Shown here in pieces: positions 20,512-34,659 of a DNA stretch of 64,000 nucleotides (positions are counted from its first letter, which is position 1; every line of letters starts with the position of its first letter). The DNA lies in the NCBI GenBank assembly GCA_963805945.1, contig CAWDVP010000001.1:160001-224000 (forward strand), given 5' to 3'. Origin of the DNA: Vulcanimicrobiota bacterium. Lineage in GTDB: Bacteria; Vulcanimicrobiota; Vulcanimicrobiia; Eremiobacterales; Eremiobacteraceae. Both the position numbers and the translations under genes were made by a program. The notes below the pieces were generated by a model that saw nothing but the letters and a program-made list of their open reading frames with translations, was not told the origin of the DNA and made no database searches.

Positions 20512-23082
20512 TCCTCGTCGAGGCGCACATCGAGGGCTACGGCCGTCTCGTCAACCAACGCTTCTCCTTCGGCGAGGGGCTCACGGTGTTCTACGGACCG
20601 CAGGAATCCGGCAAGACGACGCTGGCGGATTGCATCGTGCGCCTGCTCTTCGGCTACCCTGGAGCTCAGTATTCGGCCGCGTTAGACAAGCGCCGCCCGT
20701 GGAAGAACCCGGCCACCTTCGCGGCGACGCTCGTGTACAGGCTCGACGATGGACGCGTGTTCGAGACGCACCGCGACTTCAGCACGAACGACGTCAAGAC
20801 GACCACCTTCGAGCGCCCGGTCATGCGTCCGGTCCGGGAGCTCACGGGGACGCGCAAAGTCTCTCCCGGTTCGCACTTCTTCGCGCTCTCGCTCGAGGCG
20901 TTCGAAGCGGCCGCGCTCATGCGCGCGGGTGACTTCGCCGAGCAAGGCGACGGCACGACGCCTGAGGCGCTCAAGGAGCGGATCGCTGCGCTCGTCGGAT
21001 CCGCGGGCGACTCCGGCTCGGCCGAAGCCATCGCCCGGCTCGACGATTTCGTGCGCGAGCTCGGCAGCGAGCGAGCGCCGACGAAGCCCATCATCATCGC
21101 GCGCACGGCCGCCGCGGATGCTCGCGCCGCGCTCGACGAGTTCCGTCACGACTTCGAGCGGCTGCGCGAGGACCTGGGGCGGCGCGCGCGGCTGATCGAC
21201 GAGCGCGAGCGGTTGAGCGAGCGCGCCGCCAGCCTGGAATCGCGATTGCAGGGCGCGCGGCTTGCGTCGCTGCGCGCGCGCGTCGAGACCGCTGCGAGCG
21301 CCGCCGCGGCGCTCGAGCAGGCGCAGGCGAGGCGCGATGAGGCCGGCGCCTCCCCGGCGGTGCTCGCCCGCGCGACCGCGCTCGATGCGGCGATCGACGC
21401 ATGGAACGGATCGAGATCCGCCGAGAGCGATGCCGCGTCGAATTCCCGGACGAAGGAAGACCAGCGCAACGAACTGCTGCGCCAGCTCTCCGACTGCGAT
21501 GCAACGCTCAAGGAATCAGAAGCAGGCGTCAAGCGCAACACCGATGCGATTGGGCGCCTGCGGCCCGAGGCCGGCGGTGCGACCATCTCCGCAGAAGCGC
21601 TCGACAGGCTCAGAGGCGCTCGGCGAGCTCGCCGATCAACAAGAGGCGGGGGCGCGCAACAAAGAGACGCGCGCCGCGATCGCCCGGCAGCGCCCACAGC
21701 AGGGGGCGCTTGCGTCGCTGTCCGCGCTCGCCATCGCGCTCATCGCGCTCATCGCCTGGCTCGTGAGCCACTGGCCGCTGCTGCTGATAGGCGCGGGCCT
21801 CGCGCTGTTCGCCGGGCTCCTGCTGCTCGCCCAATTCGTCTTCACGCGGCGAGGCCGGCTCGCTGCCGATCGCGCCCGCGAAGAGCGAGGCGAGCGACGC
21901 GCGCGCGGTCGCCGACAGCGCGACCGCGACACTCGCAGGCCAGTGCGCGGAGCTCGGGTGCGGCCGGACATCAAAGCCGCGCGTCGCGCGATACGCGTAC
22001 AAGCGGACATCGCCCGGTTCACGGATGCGCTGACGGCGGCCCGGCGGGAATTCAACTCGCAGGCGCTCGAGCAGCGCGCTATTCTGGAGGCGCGTTTCAA
22101 CGATTTCGACCGGTCGGACGAGCAACTCGTCAACGCGCGCCAGAAAGCCGAGCGCGACGAAGCCGCACTCGCGGCGCTGCTGGATGCGGCTGGAGACCGC
22201 GGGCGGCGACCTTGATGCGCGCATCGCCGCATTCCGCGCGTCGCGGCGCGAGATCGAGGGCGGCGTGGTGGAGGCGGAGTCGATGCTCGGCGACGCGCGG
22301 GCTGCGCTCGCGGGCGCGCTCGGCGGCGCGTCGATCGAGGAGCTGCGTGCCGAGGCGGCGGCGCTCGCCGACGAGATCGGCTCCGCCGACCAGGCCGCCG
22401 GGCGAGGTCGGCGACCCCGATGCATTGGAGACGGACCTCGCTCGCCTGCGCTCGGAGCTGCACGGCAAAGAACGAGAGATCGACCGTCTCAACGGAGAGC
22501 TGACGAACTTCGAAGGCCGCTATCATGGCGGCGCGGCGAAGCTCGAGGAGCGGCTCGCCTACTGCGAGGCCGAGGAGGCGCGACTCGTGCGCGCGCGCGA
22601 CGCGGCGTCGCTCGCACGCGGCGTCATCGACCGGATTACCGACGACGTGCACAAGAACTTCGCGCCGCACCTCAACGAGCAGGCCGCGCAAGCGCTTGCC
22701 GACATCACGAAGGGGCGGTACACGGAGGTGTCCGTCGACCCAAAGGATTTCGCGCTGCGTGTGCGGGCGCCCGAGAGCGGCGCGATCGTCGAGATGAACG
22801 CGCTCTCCACCGGTACCCAGGAACAGCTCTCGCTGTCTTTGCAGGCGTTGATCGCAAGGCTCAGCGCGCGCGATGAGCGGGTGCCGCTCATCCTGGACGA
22901 TGCGCTCGCGCATTCGGACGATCAGCGGCTGGCCCGTGCCGTCGAACGCCTCGCCGCCATCGCCGGCCATCAGCAGGTGTTGTTGTTCACGCATCGCGAC
23001 ACGGTGCTCGAAGCGGCCAGGCGCCTCAAGGACGTGACCGTCGTGCACCTGAAGTCGGCCGGGTCCGGCCAAGCGCACGTGA
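20508..23082 (+). CDS. Rad50/SbcC/YhaN-like coiled-coil ATPase (frameshifted)
   Basis: IEGYG, Walker A GPQESGKTT, coiled coil with central hydrophobic hairpin, LSTGTQEQ signature, LILDDA, FTH. Confidence 0.88.
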
Positions 23083-24143
23083 GCCGGGCGCTTCGACTCG
23101 GCGTCGACGCCGCAAATCTGCCGCGCGACAGGCGCGGCATGGGGCGCTACGTCCGCAGCATCCTCAACGAATTCACCTCGCGAGGACGGACCGCGTCGCG
23201 CTCACGCTGCTCGTCCCCGACCTTCTGCCGGCGCTCGCCGCGCGTCGCTATCGGGCCGGTCTGCCCGCGGACATCGCAGTCGCGCGGCGCACGCAGGCCA
23301 GACGCCTGGGCCTTGACCTTACGTGGTATCCGTGGAACGGGATGACCTGGATCGCGCCTGGGCGCAAGGTCGCCACGGTCCACGACTGCTGGCCGTTCGT
23401 CGGGCCCAACGCGAACGAGAAGATACGGGCGCAACGAGCAGACGCCGTTCCTCACAACCGCGGCGCACGCCGATCTCATCATCGCCGATTCGCAATTCGC
23501 CAAAGGCGAGATCGAACGCCATCTCGGTTTCGATCCGGCCGAAGATCGAAGTCGTGCCGCTCGGCGTGCCTCGTCTGGACGGCAGCCTGGGGTCGAGCGC
23601 GCCGGTGCAGGAGCCGTATCTGCTGTTCGTCGGCGAGGCGGACACGCGCAAAGATCTGGGAACGCTGCTGCGCGCGATGAGCCTGTCGCCCGGCGCCGCT
23701 GGGCGAGATGTATACGCTGGTGATCGTGGGCAGAGGCCAGCCCGGCGACGCCGGCGCCCCGTTGCCCGGCACGCGCGTCGTCTTCGAAGGGGTGGTGGAC
23801 GACCGCCGTCTCATCGCGCTCTACTCGTCTGCGTCGGCGTTCGTGCTGCCATCGAGTTATGAGGGGTTTGGGCTGCCGGTGCTCGAGGCGATGTCCTTCG
23901 GCGTGCCGGTCGTCGCCTCGGATGCGGCGAGCATTCCTGAGGTCGGCGGCGATGCCGCGATCTATTTCCCCTCAGGCGATGCCGGTGCGCTCGCTCGGGC
24001 GATCGAGTCGGTGCTCACCGACGCTGCGCTCGCGACGCGTTTGCGCGTCGGCCGGCCGCGCCCTGTGCGGCGGCCATTCTGTCGCTGGGGATCGCTGCGC
24101 CGATAGGACGTTAGAGATCTTCGAGCGGCTCGCCGAGAGCTAG
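23079..24143 (+). CDS. GT4 glycosyltransferase (frameshifted)
   Basis: GMGRYV, TVHD, YLLFVG...RKD, PSSYEGFGLPVLEAM. Confidence 0.85.
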
Positions 24144-24178
24144 CGCGGGAGTCCCGAGCTTCGGTCGGGCGCTACAGA

Positions 24179-24770
24179 CTAGGCGTCTTGGTCGACCGGC
24201 GCGAGCTCTCTGCCGCGCACCGGGCTGAGCACGAGCGCGACGAACGCGCCGGTGAGCACGCCGCCGATGTGCGCGGCGTTCGATATGCCCGGGTTGAACG
24301 CGCCGACGCCGAGCGTCAGCAGGATCGGGAGGATCGCGGACTGCAGCAGCGCGCGGCGCAGTTGGGCAGTTTGAACGCCAGGACCGCCATCGCGCCGAAC
24401 ACGCCCATGATCGCTCCCGAAGCGCCGAGCGTGTAGACGTTCTGTCCCAGCGTGCGTCGTGTAATAGGCGGCGACACTGCCGCCCAGCAGCGACACGAGA
24501 TAGATGACCGCATAGCGCGGTGTGCCGTAGCAGAACTCGACGAACGCGCCCGCCTGCAACAGCGCGATCATATTGAACAAAAGATGTTGCGGGCGCGCTA
24601 TGTCGTGCAGAAAGCCGGACGTGATGAGTCGCCACCATTGGCCATCTTGGACGAGCGGCGGGTAGAGAGCTCCGGCACGCGTCAGCGTCCCCTGCATCAG
24701 CCAGCTACGCCGTACACGACGACGCAGATCGCGATCATCGCAAGGGTGAACGGCGCGCTGCCGAGCCCCG
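24179..24770 (-). CDS. Rhomboid intramembrane serine protease (frameshifted; start unresolved)
   Basis: GQWWRLITSGFLH, HLLFNM, GASGAIMG, AHIGG. Confidence 0.88.
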
Positions 24771-25708
24771 CGAGCGCCGCCTTCAGCGCCGCGCACAGCA
24801 GCGGGATCATGATCTCGTGGTGGCCGGTGAACATGTAGCCGCGCCCGCCGTCTGCATGCGGCCTCGTCACGACGTTCGTCCGCGGCCGGTAGTGCCGTAT
24901 GAAGTCGAAATCGGCGGTGATGAAATCGCCCTCGTGCCCCAGGTTGCGCGCCAGCGAGAGCGCCTTGAGGAAGACCTCGGGCATGATCACAGCCGATCCG
25001 AGGTTCAGGTACGCGCCGCCATCGCAGACCGCGGCGATCACGCCCGCGAACGTGCGGAAATCATAGAGCGATGCGGCGCCGAGCGCCGCGCCGTCGGCGC
25101 GCGGATGCATGTGGATGATGTCCGTGCCGATCGCGACATGCACCGTCACAGGCAGGTCGAGGGCGGCGCCTTGCGCCAGCAGCGAGATGTCCGCGTGCGG
25201 CGCTTTGGCCGCCAGCAGCGCATCGCCGAGCGCGCGCCCGAGGCCGACGGTCGGCCCGGCGCCGGCGATCGCCTCGAGGATGAAGTCGGCGGTCTGCGCC
25301 GCCATGCCGAAGGTGCCGTCGCGCAGCGCGACGTCGACGTCCTCCGAGGTCTTGCCGGCCAACGCGAGCTCCACGTCATGCACGCACACCGAGCCGTTGC
25401 ACGCGACCGCCGACAGCACGCCGGTCTTCATGAGATCGATGAGCAGCGGCGACAGGCCCGTCTTGATCACGTGCCCGCCGATGCCGGCGGCGATCACCTT
25501 GCCGGCGCGATGCGCCTTCGCCAGGGACGAGACGAGTTCGCGCAGTTCGGCCGCCGCCAACACGTCGGGCAGGCCGCGCCAGAATGCGTCGAACGACTCG
25601 CCGGCATGCGGCGGGTGCGCCAGCATGTCGAGGTTCACCTTGGAAGGACGCGTGGACAGTTCGGTCGGCTTGAGCCGCGACAGATCGAGTCGAGGAAATC
25701 CGCTTCAC
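24697..25708 (-). CDS. Deoxyhypusine-synthase-like protein
   Basis: GGHVIK.G, HDVE.A..G.TSEDV, TVHVAIGTDIIH, GSAVIMPEVFLKA, GHHEIM.PL. Confidence 0.7.
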
Positions 25709-26830
25709 CCCGTCGACGGTCGACTAAAGTCGACCGCTCCATGCCACTCAGAGAGATAGCGCTCGATGTGCGCTTGCAACCGCTGCCGGAACAGCGCCGG
25801 CGAGAACTGCGCGGCGTGTTCGACCAGACGCGACCGCACGAACGTCTCCGGGGAAAACGAGCGCAGCGCCGCTGGCGAGGGCGGACGCCGCTGGTTCCCG
25901 GAAAATCGAGCCGGTCTGGCCTTCAACGACCGTTTCGAGCGACCCTCCGGCGCCGAACGCGACGACTGGCCGGCCGGACGCGGCCCCTTCCAGCGCGACG
26001 AGGCCGAAATCTTCGACTCCCGGCACGATGACCGCGCGCGCGCGCGCGAAGAGCGTGCGCCGCCGCGCGTCGTCGACCTGGCCCGCGAAAACCGGATCGT
26101 CGGCCCAGCGATGCCACGCAGGCGCGCTTCATCCGGTCCCGTGCCGACGATCACGAGCGGCGCGGCGAGCGCGTTGCATGCCTCGATCGCCAGCGCGACG
26201 CGTTTGTAGGGGAGCAGCCGCGCCACCACGAGATAGTAGTCCTCCACCTCATCGGATGGGCTGAAGCCGCCGATGTCCACCGGACATGGGATGACGTCGC
26301 TGTCGCGGCCATAGCACGCGCGGATGCGCTCGGCGACGTTGTGCGAATTCGCGATGATCCGATGACCGGGCTGCGCCGCCGCGTGATCCCAGCGCCGAAG
26401 GCCGGGCAGCGCGGCACGCAGGGCCGGCCGCGCGAGCGCGGGCACCATCTAAAACGCGTACTCCTCCGGATACCAGAGAAAGCGCGTCGGCGTGTTCATG
26501 TACGAGACGTGGAGCGCGCCCGACGGGGCGCGGACGCCCTTGGCGAAGGACGTCGTCGAAGAGATGATGAAGATCCAACCTGCGCAGGTCGAGCGCTTCG
26601 AAGGCGTTTGGGTAGAGCGGCAGCAGGGCGCGGAAGCGCCGCGGGGCACCTGGGAGAGGCGGCGTCCAGCTCGTCCGGATATCGAGATCATCGAACCCGG
26701 AGCCCATCGCGCGGCGATCGTAGAGCGAGGTGTAGATCGGCGCGCTCGGATACAGCGCGTGCATCTCGCGGAGCACGCGCTCGGCGCCGCCGAGCTGGGT
26801 CAGATAGTCGTGGACGAACGCGACGAGCAC
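25705..26830 (-). CDS. GT4 glycosyltransferase (frameshifted)
   Basis: VAFVHDYLTQLGGAERVL, RLLPYKR, EDFGLVALE. Confidence 0.88.
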
Positions 26831-26844
26831 GCCGCTCGCGGGGG

Positions 26845-28180
26845 TTAGCGGCCCGCCGAAGTGGGCAGCACGACCGCCACCGTCTCGTCGGTCAGGTACT
26901 GCTTGGCCACACGCTCGACGTCCGCTGCGCTGACCGCGCCGTATGCGCGACGCCAACCCGTTTTCGAACGCGACGCCGTCCGGCGAGCCGGCCGAGCGCC
27001 CGAGCAGCCATGCCGCATCCGACAGCGACGTCACGGAGAGATAGTAATCGCCGAGCGCGAGCTGTTTCGCCCGCGCGACGAGTTCGGCGGGCAACGGCTC
27101 GGAGCGCAGTCGCGCGATGCCCATCTCGACCTGGCGCAGGGCCGCGTCGACGCCGCCCGTTCCGCCGTTGAGGAAGATGACGAACGAACCCGGACTCGCC
27201 TCGTATTGATAGAACGCGCCGACGTAGTTGCCCGCATCCGGGAAGCCGCCCGAACCGAACGACAGCGCGTGGACATCGCCGCCTCGGCCCAGGAGCGCCT
27301 GGATGACGAGCATCGCCGGGAAATCATTCGAGTACTGCGAGGGCGCGCCGTAGCCGATAGCGAGCCACGGCGCCGCGATGTCGCGGTGCGCCACGATCTC
27401 GTGTTGGCGCTTGTCGACGGTCGGAACCGGCGCGGCGGGCGCGGACGGGGCGGGCATGCCGGAAAACGCGTCTCTGGCGGCGTCGAACGCCTCGGGCGAC
27501 AACGCGCCGGTGAGCGCGATGACGGTGCCTTTGCCGTGCTGATACGACGCGGCGAAGCTCTGCACGTTCTCCGCGCGGTCAGATGAGCGAGCGTGAGCGC
27601 TCGGCCGCCTTGCGGGTACGCGAAGCCGTTGCCTTGATAGCGCACCTGCCGGACCATCGCGTACGCGGCGAGCACGGGGTTCTTCTCCGCGTCGCGCGCG
27701 GCCCGAGACACCTCATCGCGCGCCGCGGCGACCTGCGTCCGCGTCGGGCGCGGCGAGCGCCTGGGCGAGCGAGCGAAACAAGCCGGCAGCGGTCCGTGCG
27801 CGGCATTCGATCTGGAAGCGCGTCGCGTCGGGATCGACGGTGTACACGACGTCGCCGCCCTCCGCAGTGACGGGATCGGCAAGGCTTGCGCCGCCCGAGA
27901 CCGGCGTGCGCAGCACGGTCGCTGCCGTGACCGCGGCGATGCCGGCTTTGTCGGCGGTCTGTTGCGCCAGGCCGCTCGGGACGAACACCTGAGCGCTGGC
28001 GATCGGCGCGTCATTCGACACCTGCGCGAGCACCACCACGCCGTTCGGCAGCGTTGTCACCGTCGCAGAGGGGAAGTATTGATCCTGATGCTCCGGCGCT
28101 GCGCCCATGAGCGCGCTCGCGCACGCGACCGCCGCGACCAGCGCCGCGCAGCGGCCAAAGGTGATCCTGCCGGCCATCAT
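26845..28180 (-). CDS. Exported M16 (insulinase)-like protein lacking HxxEH (frameshifted)
   Basis: Signal peptide, TTLPNGVVVL, M16 C-terminal pattern; GIAAVTAA at the zinc-motif position. Confidence 0.7.
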
Positions 28181-29580
28181 CGTCCTCTCCGCGCCGCGCT
28201 CGAGCGGCCTGCGGTCATGCTCGTGGTCGCCGGCGTCGAGGGGTGCGGTGCCACGGACGCGCTCACCGGATCCGCGCCGAGATAGGTCTTCGCCGCGGCG
28301 AACACCGCGTCGGGCGTCAGCGCTGCGACCCGTTGGAAGTAATCCCCGTTCAACGCCATGTCCGTGACGGACGGCGCGTAGGCCGGCGCGCCCTGCGCGA
28401 AATACCAGCCGTAGTTGTCGGCGAGCTGCATCGGGGTCTGGGCGTCGCGCAGCGTGCGCGTGCGGAAGGCCTCGAGCGCGAGCGCGAACTCCTTGGCCGG
28501 TAGCGGCCCCGCGAGGACGTGCTCGAGGGCTTCTGCGCATGGCGCGATTCATGTCGTCCGCCTTGAGCCCTTCGCCGGTGATCGTCATGTAGAACACGCC
28601 GCTATCGCGGAGCCGCTGACGAACTGCCCGCTGAAGTCCGCGTTCGGATCCGCGTCGTTGACCGCTCGTGCGATCACGCCGGAGTCCGGACGGGTGAGGT
28701 AATCCGACAAGAAGTCCATCGCGGTCGCCGCGCTCTCGTCGCTGATCGGCGGACCGATCCACCCCAGCGCCACGCCTCCGACATCGGCGAAGCCGGCGTT
28801 CACGCTGGCGCCGCCCGCCGGCGCTCGAGGAGACGCCGGCATCGAGGCTGCGGCGCCCGAAGTGGGCGCTGGCATCCGCGACAAGCTTGGCAAGCGTCGC
28901 TTCGTCGATGCCGCCGCCCACCGCCACTACCATCTAACGCTCCGGCACGTATGCTTGTGCGGCGAACTCCTGGCGCATCGGCGAGCGTGAACGCTCGAAG
29001 GTCCTCGGGGCCTCCGTAGGTGGACGCGCGGAACGGGCCGCCGGTGAAGAGCTGTTTGAAGAGCGCGTCGCGCAACACGACATCGGCGGTCGCGGATGCG
29101 ATCGCCTGCTGCTTCGCCATCCGCGCCTTTGCCTCGATCAGACCTCCTTGATCGACCGCTGGATGCAGCGTCCGGTCGAGCAGGGCGGCCATCAATTGAT
29201 CCTGCGCGCTCGCCGGCGCGAGCACCGTGATCTCGGTGGAGCTCGGGAAGACGGAGACGGTGAGCTGGCCGCCGGCCGCGCGCACCGCGTCGCGCAACGA
29301 AACGCCGTTGACCCTCGCCGCGACGATGCTCAGCGCCGTGAGCCGCGCAAGGCCGGGCTTTGAGGCGGCGTAGCCGTCAGACGGGCACGCGATCCACAAC
29401 TCGAGCGCGGCACTGGGCGACAAGGTGGCGCGGCGGACCAGCAGGCTCAGTCCGTCCGGCAACACAGTATGCGCCGGGAGCCAACGCGGCTCCGGCTGGC
29501 GCGGCTGCGCGCGCACCTAAAGCGGCGCACGACATCGCGGCGACAAGGGCGAGCGCGGCTGCGCCGCGGCGGATGGTCAT
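28177..29580 (-). CDS. Exported M16 (insulinase)-like protein lacking HxxEH (frameshifted)
   Basis: Signal peptide, TVLPDGLSLLV, KPGLARLTAL at the zinc-motif position, G.PEDLRAFTL. Confidence 0.7.
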
Positions 29581-29608
29581 CGTCTGGGAGCCTTCCCGTT
29601 CATGTGGC

Positions 29609-29698
29609 GGGCCGACCTTTTGTAGCGGTCGAATCGATTCGACCGTTTTGCCGGCCTTGAGGGTCTCAAAAGGGCCCGACCTGAAGGTCGGCCCCTAC
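29609..29698. repeat. Cluster of REP-like palindromes (half A, C at 29622-29645, A at 29672-29698)
   Basis: GTAGCGGTCGAATCGATTCGACCG facing GGGCCCGACCTGAAGGTCGGCCCCTAC. Confidence 0.8.
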
Positions 29699-29706
29699 AT
29701 CTACGT

Positions 29707-31648
<1,942 letters not shown>

Positions 31649-31840
31649 CGCTTGATTTCTTTCTCAGTCCGGCCCTTGAAGAGCGCCTACCTTATATATT
31701 ACGTACTGTCGGGCCCGGAAGTTTACCATGATGTGGGATTTGAGCGCCTTCTGTGCGGAGGAAAGGGTACCCTACATAGGGACACGGGCGTCAGGAGTGC
31801 CCAGGGCCACAAACGACGCACTTTGAGCGGCCCTTTTCGG

Positions 31841-32377
31841 TCAGGAGCAGCCCTCGACGTATTCGACCTGCGGCAGCGCGCCCGCGATGATGGCTTGCAC
31901 CACGCCGCCTTTGAGCTTGAAGATGATGCGGTACTTCGCGTCGGCGCCGCCTTTCGGAGCGATCGTCGCGGTCTGCGTGCTTGGATCGTATTTGTCGGGC
32001 GCGATCTGCGCGCGCGTACCGTACGTCGAGACTATCTTCGCGACCGCATCGCCGACCGCAAGACCTTCGGTGGTACGGAGCGCGGGATTGAAGATCTCCG
32101 CGCGACGTATCGTCCCGTTCTCCACCATGAATCGCAGACCGCTCGGCTCGGGCGGATGGAGATAGAAACAACTGCTGCCGGCCACCGGAGCGGTCGCGAC
32201 GAAACGCACGCCGTGCGCGGCGGCCTGCGCCGGCGTCGCGCCGAAGGCGACCGGCCCGACCCCGGTGGGGCCGACGCGCGACGACGACGACAGCCCGGCG
32301 GCCACGGCGACGGCGGGCAGCAGCGCGAGCGCTGCGATGCAGGCGGACCGGCACATGGCCACGTGATGGCTCGACAT
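31841..32377 (-). CDS. Hypothetical exported protein
   Basis: Intact 178 aa ORF with signal peptide; ends ALPQVEYVEGCS. Confidence 0.6.
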   Translation of the reverse strand: MSSHHVAMCRSACIAALALLPAVAVAAGLSSSSRVGPTGVGPVAFGATPAQAAAHGVRFVATAPVAGSSCFYLHPPEPSGLRFMVENGTIRRAEIFNPALRTTEGLAVGDAVAKIVSTYGTRAQIAPDKYDPSTQTATIAPKGGADAKYRIIFKLKGGVVQAIIAGALPQVEYVEGCS

Positions 32378-32384
32378 CAGATCC

Positions 32385-33744
32385 TCATCCTTGTTGAACG
32401 CGCAGCTCGAGAGCGCTCGTGCCGCGAGCGACGTACGGCTCCATCACACGGATTCCCACCACTGCGACGATATCCTCATCTCGGGATACCACAATCGCGT
32501 CCGCCCGGCGATGTCTCGGGACGCCCGACTTCGCGAGAAAGCGCGCCAGCGGCACCGGCGTGCGCCGTCCGCTTGGGATGCACTTATCGCCTGCGCGCGG
32601 CGCGCGCAGCGTCAAGTTCGTGCCCGGCGGCAGGGCTGCCGCATCCAGCAGCAGCGCATCGTCATGCGCCGCCTTGACCGAGACGCGCCGCAACGTGACC
32701 CGCCCGCGCGCGTCGGAAGCCGCCGCGCGCCCGGCCGGCACCGTGATCTCAGAGCCGGCGCGCATTCGAACCCGAGCTTCGCTCGGGCACTACATCCTCG
32801 GGCACCACAGCCGCGTCCGGGCCGATCACCGAGAGCTTGCCTGCCGAGAGCTCGATCCTGCCCTGGCCTGCGTGAAACGTTCCGCCGCGGCCCTCGTGGA
32901 TGGCGCGCACCACGGCGTCGCAGTGGGCGAGATGGAAATCGCGCAGGCTGCCGAGCTGCCGCTTCACCGCGTGGCGGATCGTGCGGCGCAGCAGCGCCGG
33001 CGGCAACTCGCGCAACTCGCGCGTCGACAATTGGTCGGGTTGTGCGTCAGTGGCGCGCTGGTGGGCGGCGGCGGCAAGCGACTCGAGCAGGGCTTTCTCA
33101 TCCGCGAGCAGCGTCGCCGAGCGGGCGATCGAGCGGCTAGCGCCGGGCACCGCACGCTCGAGCTCGCGCACGAGCGCGCGCACCGGCGTTGCGCCGCAAG
33201 CGCAGATCCGCGTTGGTCTCATCGCCGGCCACGGCGACCCCGGAAGCGCGCACGAATTCGCGCAACTGCGCTTTGCCGTATTGCAGCAGCGGGCGCAGCA
33301 GCGCGATCCCCGGAGCGAGCTGCCGCTGGGCGCGCATGGCGGCCAGCCCGTCGAGGCCGCTGCCGCGCACCAGGGCGAGCAGCATCGTCTCGACGACGTC
33401 GTCGCGGTGATGCCCGGTGATGATGACCGGCGCGCCGACCTCGCGGGCGACGCGCACGAGCGCGCGGTAGCGCTCGGCGCGGGCGGCCGCCTCGAGGGAG
33501 ACCCCGCGGCGCGGCACCCGTACCTTGCGCGCGATGACGCTCGGCGCCCGCGTGCCGGGCTTGTGCGCGCACGGCCGCGATGTCGCGCTCGATGCCGGCC
33601 CGCGGCCGCAAGCCATGGTCGACGTAGACCGCGTGCAGGATCGCGTCGGGCATGGCTTCGCGGGCGAGCAGCAGCGCGGCGGCGCTGTCCGCGCCGCCTG
33701 AGACGGCCACGACGACGTGCCGCGGGCGCTCTCCCCGCGCGCCT
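32385..33744 (-). CDS. tilS: tRNA(Ile)-lysidine synthetase (frameshifted; start unresolved)
   Basis: VAVSGGADS, VDHGLR, EAAAR..RY, TGHHRDDVVET, RPLL, DETN, TilS_C. Confidence 0.92.
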
Positions 33745-34215
33745 TTAGGAGGTGCGGCGCGCGAAGCGCTGCGCTTCGCGCTGCGCCTCTTTCCGTTTGA
33801 TCGACTCGCGCTTGTCATATTGTCTCTTCCCGCGTCCGATGCCAAGTTCGACCTTCACGCGTCCGCGTTTGAAGTACATGCGCAACGGCAGCAGCGCGTA
33901 TCCCTTCTCCTGCAGCGTGCCGGTCAGCCGCTTCAGCTCGCGCGCATGCAGCAGCAGCTTGCGATCGCGCCGCGGCTCGTGCTGCGAGAAGAACGTGCCC
34001 TGGCCATATGGGGGGATGTGCACGTTGACGAGCCAGGCTTCGCCACCTTTGAGCCGTGCATAGCCGTCGGTGAGCGAGCAGCCGTTCGCGCGCAGGCTCT
34101 TGACCTCGGTCCCCGTCAGCACGACGCCCGCTTCGAACCTGTCTTCGATCGCATAGTCGTAGAACGCCCGGCGATTGCCGGCGATCTGCTTGGTGCCATC
34201 GCCTTCCGCCGCCAC
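33745..34215 (-). CDS. smpB: SsrA-binding protein
   Basis: NRRAFYDY, EAGVVLTGTEVKSLR, RKLLLH, GKRQYDKR. Confidence 0.97.
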   Translation of the reverse strand: MAAEGDGTKQIAGNRRAFYDYAIEDRFEAGVVLTGTEVKSLRANGCSLTDGYARLKGGEAWLVNVHIPPYGQGTFFSQHEPRRDRKLLLHARELKRLTGTLQEKGYALLPLRMYFKRGRVKVELGIGRGKRQYDKRESIKRKEAQREAQRFARRTS

Positions 34216-34227
34216 GCCCGCGCGCTC

Positions 34228-34659
34228 CTAGACTGCGATGAAGCGCGAGCGGCCCTCGGCGTAGACCGTGCCCGCGTCGTCCTTCAGGGCGGCGCTCGCG
34301 TCGAGCACCTTGCCGCGCCGCTTATCAATGGCGCCCTCGAGCAGCAGCGGCACGCCGACCGGCGTCGGCTTGCGAAAACGGATCTCGAGCTTCGCGGTGA
34401 CCGCGCGCACGCCCGCGGCGATCGCCGCGTGCGCCATCACCTCATCGAGCAGCGTCGCGACGACGCCGCCGTGCAGCATGTCGCGCCAGCCGCTGAACTG
34501 CTGTGCCACCGACACGACGCAGCGCGCGCTGTTCGGGCCATACTCGAAGGTGAGGCGCAGCCCGTCCTCGTTGTCCGGGCCGCAGGCGAAGCAGCGCCGA
34601 TCGTCCGCCAGGCGCGAGTCGGCGGCCGCGGCGAGCGCGGCGTCGCGCGCGCCGCTCAC
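34228..34659 (-). CDS. PaaI family thioesterase
   Basis: CFACGPDN..GL, HGGVVATLLDE. Confidence 0.88.
   Translation of the reverse strand: MSGARDAALAAAADSRLADDRRCFACGPDNEDGLRLTFEYGPNSARCVVSVAQQFSGWRDMLHGGVVATLLDEVMAHAAIAAGVRAVTAKLEIRFRKPTPVGVPLLLEGAIDKRRGKVLDASAALKDDAGTVYAEGRSRFIAV

Noticed and set aside
19362..23082. SbcD/SbcC-like pair as an anti-phage system
   Set aside because: It matches the common YhaO/YhaN-type repair pair and has no defence-island context.
19362..23345. 1327-aa nuclease-ATPase-glycosyltransferase fusion ORF
   Set aside because: It contains out-of-frame stretches; GTGA overlaps at 20508-20511 and 23079-23082 indicate three coupled genes.
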